Assembly (NCBI GenBank): GCA_021613535.1
Contig: CP075494.1
Span: 14,198,001-14,262,000 of the forward strand
Length of the DNA stretch: 64,000 bases
Source: Adineta vaga
Lineage: Eukaryota; Animalia; Rotifera
Direction: 5' to 3'
Positions 57,475 to 64,000 of this stretch are shown in pieces. Position 1 is the first letter of the stretch. The number at the start of each line of letters is the position of its first letter. The notes under the pieces were generated by a model. The model did not search any database, had not been told where the DNA came from, and saw only the letters and a program-made list of their open reading frames with translations. Position numbers and translations under genes: made by a program.

Positions 57475-60400
57475 ATGAAGTTAGTTATATGTATTATCAT
57501 TGATCGAAATCTTGATGCAATACTTCTTGTTGAACAAATACCTAATTGTGGTTATTGGTTTCCATTTGATCAAGTTAAAATCGGTGAAACACGAACTGTT
57601 ACAGCACAACGAATAGCAAACAAAGTTTTATATTTCATTTCATAGTTTCAATTGATTGATTTGTTTTTTATTTATTCTTAAGATTTGTCCATTTGATGTC
57701 GAATTCATATCTGTCTTTAAAGTTCGATGCGGAGATAGTTTACCATGTTTACGTAACATGCAAACTTATTATTTGTTCAGTAAAGCAGAAAAATCAGTAA
57801 ACATATCCGTGTCAATTTGTAATTGTTCCATAATTCTCTTTCCCTTCAGACAAATGTCAATAAATTGAATACCACAAATGCTGTGTGGATGACTTTTGAT
57901 CAAATTAAAATCGCGATTAAAAATCGTGAATTACTTGGTCTTGAACCGTATGTTATCTTACAAAATATTCTTGAACGACAACGAATGTATGGATGGGGTA
58001 TTAATGGATATAGTTTGTGTGCTTTTTCTCCCTAAACAAAGTTCTTCTTTAGATGATTTCACAACTGGTAGACAGTTATTTGAAGAGCCGAATCTTCAAC
58101 TTATTGATTGTAAACCAGTTGAAGCGAATAATCAATCGGTAGGCACAGCACAAGAACAGTTAATTAATTCAGCGAAATTTAGTCATAAAAGTTTGATAAA
58201 TCTTTCGGTTTTCTTTTCGTATTGAAAGATAACGATTCATCCTTTTTTTTAGTTCAAGAACGTGTTTTTAAAGAATTTTATTCCTCAACATTTCCTAGTG
58301 AATACATGAGTTTTCAAAGTTTTTCGGAAGTTATGGATAATAAACTAAATGGATTAGAAAAGACGAAAATTCAAGCTTATTTTCGTGCTTTTGATACTCA
58401 ACAGAACAATTATTTAACCTACATGGAATATTTACTAGGTTCGTTCATTGAACTTTTTCGATAAACAACAAACTTTCGTTTTATTTTTCTTTCGCAAATT
58501 TAGGATTAGCTGCAATGGATCCCAATACTTCACATGGAGGTATTGTTTAATTTAATTTTCATGAAAAGTTCATATCAATTATTCCAATAGGTACTCCGGC
58601 GGAATTACGTTGTCGATATATTTTTCGTTTTTACAATATAAAAAATAATGGTTATATGTCAATCGAAGAATTTCGGTAAGTAGTAATTAGTTTGCATGAC
58701 ATAAACATTGTTTAATTACATATAAGATGACTAATCTGAGTTAGATTGATTTCAATGAATAACGATTTATTTAGAGAACTTCATGGTGATGTTCAAAATT
58801 TAAAAGCTGGTAAACCAAATGGTGATCTTCCAGCTTATAGTGAAGTTTTAACAGCATTCAAGTAGATTTATTTCGTTTGAATGAGTTTGTTTTTTTCGTC
58901 ATGATGCTTTTTTAGTTCATTTAACTTACAAGACAACAGTAATTTATCATTAAATGAATTCTTAAATTCCGTTGGTCAATTGAAATATCGTGGTACATCT
59001 GTTCTATTTCGTCTTCCGATGAATACAAAAGAATTATTACGAATCTATAAGTTTGTTTTCTTGATTAAATGATCGATTAAAGATAAATTTCAATCTTATG
59101 TTTTAGACGATTCGCCGATATCAAAATCGATAATCCATCTGATCAAGGTAAATTCTAATGAAGAAATTATGATTTTTTCTGTATTGAAATTTTCCTAGTT
59201 CAAAATGAGATTAATTATGAATTAGCTGATCATTGTGTTACATTGAAAAAATCGGGTTTACTTCATAAAGTTGAATCTTTACGTTCTATGAGTTATAACA
59301 ATCAATTTAGTACAACAACAGAAGAAACATTGAAACAATTGCCACGTTCATTATCTGAAGAAATCTTCGATCGAGTAAATCTCAATTTAACAAAGTTTCG
59401 CTCTTTATTCGAATTTCTTCTAGAGAACAATTGCTACTGATATTCAAGAAATGTTACGATTTTTTGAAAAACATGATCAAACTAAAGAAGCATTAACATG
59501 GTCATCGAATGTATTGAGTAATTTAGGTCGATCAATTATTACTCTCTGTCGAGAAATTCGAGAAATAATCAAATGTGAACCACGTTGTTTGAAAATATCT
59601 TCTCCTTGTTATATCCTTGGTGATATTCATGGAAATTATCAAGATTTAATTTGCTTTGAAAAGTGTTTATGGCGTGCAACACCGTTACTATCACCAGCAT
59701 CGTTTTTATTTCTTGGTGATTATGTTGATCGAGGAATATATGGATTAGAAGTAAGATTTCAAATTATTTTATATGAAAAATGAAGAGTTTTGGATGTTTT
59801 AGGTTATTATCTATTTGTTAGCAACGAAATTTCAATGTCCGAAAAAGGTTTTACTTCTTCGAGGAAATCATGAAATAAGAAAAATTCAGCAAATTTTTAG
59901 TTTTTATAAGTAAGTGATTGAATAATATTCAAGATATCTCGAGTAATATTCGTATTTCCACTATCGAAAGATCGAAATAAAAAGTTTATGAGAAATCTCT
60001 CAGACAAATGCTAAAAGTGAGTGTGTGCTTTTAATTGACTCATTGTGTGACTATATTATTAATATTTTAATCTTCTTATTTTCTTTGTTTAAAACTACAT
60101 CTGAATCTTATTCAATTAATATCTTAAACAATCATTTCGTATAATTATAGAGAATGTTTGACCAAATTTGGTGATATTCTTGGTAAAGAAGTATGGGAAG
60201 CAATCAATACTGTTTTTGATGTTCTTCCATATGCTGCAGTGATTGATGATAAAGTTTGTACAAATGATATTTCATAAAATAAAATCTTTTTTTCTTTGAT
60301 AGATTTTATGTTTACATGGTGGTATACCAAGTCCGAGTACATGTCCAGATGAATTTATATCAATGGTTAATGATATACCAGTACCATTAAGTGAACCTGA

Positions 60401-60802
60401 ATCAGAATCGCCATTAGCATGGGAAATTATGTGGAATGATCCATTTTCAATTGAAACAAATACGATGCCTCAAACTGCAATCAATACAACAAATGGATTT
60501 TTTAATAATTCAAGAAGAAGTACTGGAAAATATTTTACAAATGATGCATTAATGGCATTTCTAGAGAAAAATAATTTCAGTCATGTCATTCGTGCTCATG
60601 AAGTTCAACAAGTTGGGTTTAAAGTATGTCAAATAATTGAAGATTTATTTCTAATTAATGAATATCTTCATTTCAGGTGCAATTAAGTGGACGTCTTCTA
60701 ACAGTATTTTCTTCTTCACATTATTGTGGTGGAACAAATGAAGCAGCAACTGTACTTGTCGATTCATCGAAATTACGATTGATTCGACTTGATACACGAT
60801 AA
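57475..60802 (+). CDS. Ser/Thr phosphoprotein phosphatase (PPP family) with an N-terminal Nudix-like domain and EF-hands, multi-exon
   Basis: PPP motifs GDIHG, GDYVDRG, LRGNHE, HGG, IMWNDP, IRAHE and TVFSSSHYCG. EF-hand-like FRAFDTQQNNYLTYMEY and FYNIKNNGYMSIEEF. N-terminal ILLVEQ...YWFP....GET. Confidence 0.88.
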
Positions 60803-62488
60803 ACAAACGATACTTTCAGAAAGATATATATATATAGATAAGTATTTGATTAGTAATCAACATGGTCTGTCCGATAAAGTATTTTATCTAAGAACAAGAA
60901 AAAAATGTTTTTTTTTATATTCATACATATTCAATTTGATTCTAATCCGTTTTTATATATCTATTTTTTGTGATTAAAAATGCTTCTATACCTGTGTGAA
61001 ATTGTTTATACATATAACATGTAATTTAAAATAAAATAATGTGCATTTTTTCTCCGAACAGAAAAGATTGTACAGTGAGTATAAACATATTCTTCATTTG
61101 GTGGATTCTCGTTTCGTCGAATGCCTAATTGATTTTCTTGTTTTGTCGAAATTTTTGATATATCTCTTTTTATCATCATTCTTGTTTCATCGAAAATGAA
61201 ATTTATAATTAGATTAGCTAAAACGAAACAATTAATCTGGATTGTTCTGCTTGTCTTAAATGTTCTGTTTCGACAAAAATTGATTAAGCTCATGAAAAAG
61301 AAGAGGATATATACTAGGAAAAGTTTCATCTCACTATTCATACTAAGTTTAATTTGAATAAAGAATAACGTTATCCATTGTTGAGAGTAAAAGAAAAAAG
61401 TCTACATTACTATTTGATAATTACCGTTACATACAAGACAAAATTAAAAATACCACGATTTATTGGAAATGCTCAAATCGTTCTTGTCCTGATCGTGTTG
61501 TTCATCCACATTTTTACATGTTTATTCGTGCAATTCAAAATGATTTTGCTTACAATTCTGCAATATTCTCGCGTCATGAACAAACTGGTGCATTACCTTC
61601 CACGGAAAAAAACTGTATGTTAATCGAAATGCGCGCTTGAGTTGTTTAGAAGAACGTTTTAAACAACATACATTAACGTTAGATGACTATCTCGCTAAAG
61701 TCATGAAATTAATAGGAATAAAAAAATACTAGCGTTTTTTGTTGATAGTTTTTTTTCTGTACTCACACTTATTCAATAATAAATTATTTTTTTGATCGAA
61801 AACATCTCTTTATTTTCGTACTACTTCTCTAGCGGGAAACATTTGATTCATCTATAGGTAATCTTTTACCAGTTAAGGAGAAAACACTTTTCGACGAAAC
61901 GAGAAAATCAATTAAGCTTTTGAAGAATCGAGAACTATCCCTTCATTCATACGTTCAAACATAAGACAACCGACACGATGCATCTATTCGTACTTTCAAT
62001 ATTAAATTGATAAAATTCAAAAAATTTACTATAACTTAAAAACATTTGATGTTACTCCTTTACCTTACTGTATAAGTTAATAAATATTTTTCTAACGCTT
62101 TGTCGAGCAATTATGAATTACTATTAAAATCAATATTTGTTTTTCAATCTCTTTAATATTCTTTTTTTTTCTCGTTGTTAAAACTGACATAGTTGAGTGC
62201 ACTTTTAAGAAAGAGAAAAAGAATGCATACAGTGCAATGAAGTGAAAGACTAAACTCAAACAATCGAAATTTATAAGTCTTCTTCTTAAAAAAGAAAATC
62301 TCGAACTTTCATCTACTCTCACAAAAGAACATCGAGAATCCGTTGTTTGTGTGAATGAACTGAAACATACTCAAATTATTCAAAAAGTAGATTTGAATGA
62401 GAATTTATTCGAAGATTAAATAAAACGAAATTATAACGAATTCAAAAAAAACATCATGTCATTGGTTTTTTTTCTTTCATTGAAATTA

Positions 62489-62703
62489 TTATTTTAAAAT
62501 AACCCATAATGCATGAATGAACCCTAAAATAATGATAAAATATGTAAGTATTACATTCAATCAAGAAACATACCTGGTAACCAAAATAGAATAGTTAAGA
62601 TTAAATTTATCAGTGTAGTATTATTACATGAACCTTGATGAAGATAGACGGCCAATGGTGGAATGAAGAAAGCGAGAATGACCAGTAAAATTGTTGAGAC
62701 CAT
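62489..62703 (-). CDS. Pmp3/RCI2 (UPF0057) plasma-membrane proteolipid, 54 aa; exons 62703-62574 and 62523-62489
   Basis: Spliced product MVSTILLVILAFFIPPLAVYLHQGSCNNTTLINLILTILFWLPGFIHALWVILK* carries the family signature PPLAV...INL.LT.L.W.PG.IHA.W. The 50 bp intron is GT-AG. Absent from the ORF track. Confidence 0.9.
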
Positions 62704-63617
62704 TATTGGTATAATGTAATTCGAGAATATTCAAAGACAAATCTAAAAGAATGCTAAACGTTAATTTTTGCTCCGTACAAATGCGCTACATTTTCATTAA
62801 TAAAGAATGAAAAAAAAAGTGCTGCAATCGTTTTCTAACTACCAATTGCTATATATATAATTCTTCGGGAAGGTTTATTTGATGTAAAAATTGAGTATGT
62901 TAAGACTTATAATGGAGTTTTCTTTTCTTTTTTTTTATGTCGAAAAAATAATATTCTCTTTCTCTCTTCTACTCAGAATAATGTCTCTCGTCATTATGTA
63001 TATGAAATTGTTAAAAGCTGTCACTATGCTACTGCTTTAGAACTACAATTTGAATATATTAACACTCACGATATTGTTTTAGAGAAGAGAAAAAGAATTG
63101 AAAATTTTAAAATAACAATCGGTCTCGCTATCAGCACATTGTACTTCTAAAAGAAATTCCGTACAAAACTCTGATTTTATTAGTTCTCATAGCGAATTAT
63201 TTCGTCTTTCAATTTTTTATAAAAATTATGAAGAAGTAAATTTCAAAGAATCGTTTCTATTACTGTTCTATAAAAGTTTAAAGGAACATGCCAAGAAAAC
63301 AAAATGCTGAAAAAATCACGATTTTTTTCTCAGTAATGAAAGCGTATCGAAATGTTTCATATAAATGTATGATATAGTGTTCAATTTCTTTCCTGGCTGT
63401 AGTTGAAATCGATCATGCGATGATTGAAATGTCGTTAACGAAAGAAATCTAAATGATCTGTTCTTAATCAATATGATTCGTAATAAAAACAAAATTAAAC
63501 ATCATTATTCGAGAAAATACTTTATCTTCAGTGAAACAATGAATTTCTAGACAAAATGAGAATCTATAAATTATGTAGTAGAGAACTTTAACTAATGATA
63601 TTTATGAACACATTATT

Positions 63618-63920
63618 TTACATTTCTTTCCAGATATTAAAGAACATCGAATTGAATGACTTTTTCCAATACATGCTTGAATAACATTGATCTGTATTGT
63701 TATATAGTTCGATTAAGTCGTTCAAATTCTGTTGAATATCGAGTGCAGATGGATGATTAGCATTATATCTATCGGTAGAATTTACACCATTCAGGCGCTG
63801 ATAGTAATCAATGATGCCGTATATTATTAGTATACTAGTACAAATGATATACCTGAAGAAATTTCTTCTAACTATAAACTCTATATTTTTGATAACCAAG
63901 CGTACCTTTAATTTTGTCAT
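63618..63920 (-). CDS. Possible type II membrane protein (first exon or fragment)
   Basis: 100 aa ORF with a basic N-terminus, one hydrophobic segment (YIICTSILIIYGII) and N-glycosylation sequons. No in-frame continuation could be built. Confidence 0.35.
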   Translation of the reverse strand: MTKLKVRLVIKNIEFIVRRNFFRYIICTSILIIYGIIDYYQRLNGVNSTDRYNANHPSALDIQQNLNDLIELYNNTDQCYSSMYWKKSFNSMFFNIWKEM

Positions 63921-64000
63921 TAGTACTTAGATCAGTTTTAAAAGATCATAATCATGACTTGTCAGTGTCTTTTTCACTGATGAACTATACAGCAGTGGAC

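Noticed and set aside
61006-62322. Short ORFs between the phosphatase and Pmp3
   Set aside because: AT-biased composition typical of random non-coding ORFs, with no motifs.

Overview
AT-rich, gene-dense eukaryotic (animal) DNA with many ~45-65 bp GT-AG introns. The style is most consistent with a bdelloid rotifer, which is an inference from composition and intron size, not proven. About 22 protein-coding genes can be supported, in order: USP7-like deubiquitinase, an orphan type I membrane protein, an orphan ORF, TFIIE-alpha, ataxin-2, hexokinase, a divergent plexin, GIPC, SMKR1, an MMD/PAQR10-11 protein, TMEM272-like, claudin-like, a RYK/Derailed pseudokinase with an antisense gene nested in one intron, XRN1, CAPZB, a minimal geminin-family protein, an octopamine/tyramine-type GPCR, a Nudix-like/EF-hand/PPP phosphatase fusion, a Pmp3/RCI2 stress proteolipid and an orphan ORF at the right end. 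A MITE and degraded transposon-like DNA lie at 33.5-34.4 kb. No rRNA, tRNA or CRISPR array was recognised. The most notable items are the nested 3-exon gene in the RYK intron, operon-like junctions (CAPZB-geminin and plexin-hexokinase), the pseudo-Nudix/EF/PPP fusion, the apparently GAP-dead plexin, and the intron-containing Pmp3 gene (HGT candidate). Gene models were spliced by eye, so internal exon boundaries are approximate and family calls rest on remembered motifs, not database searches.
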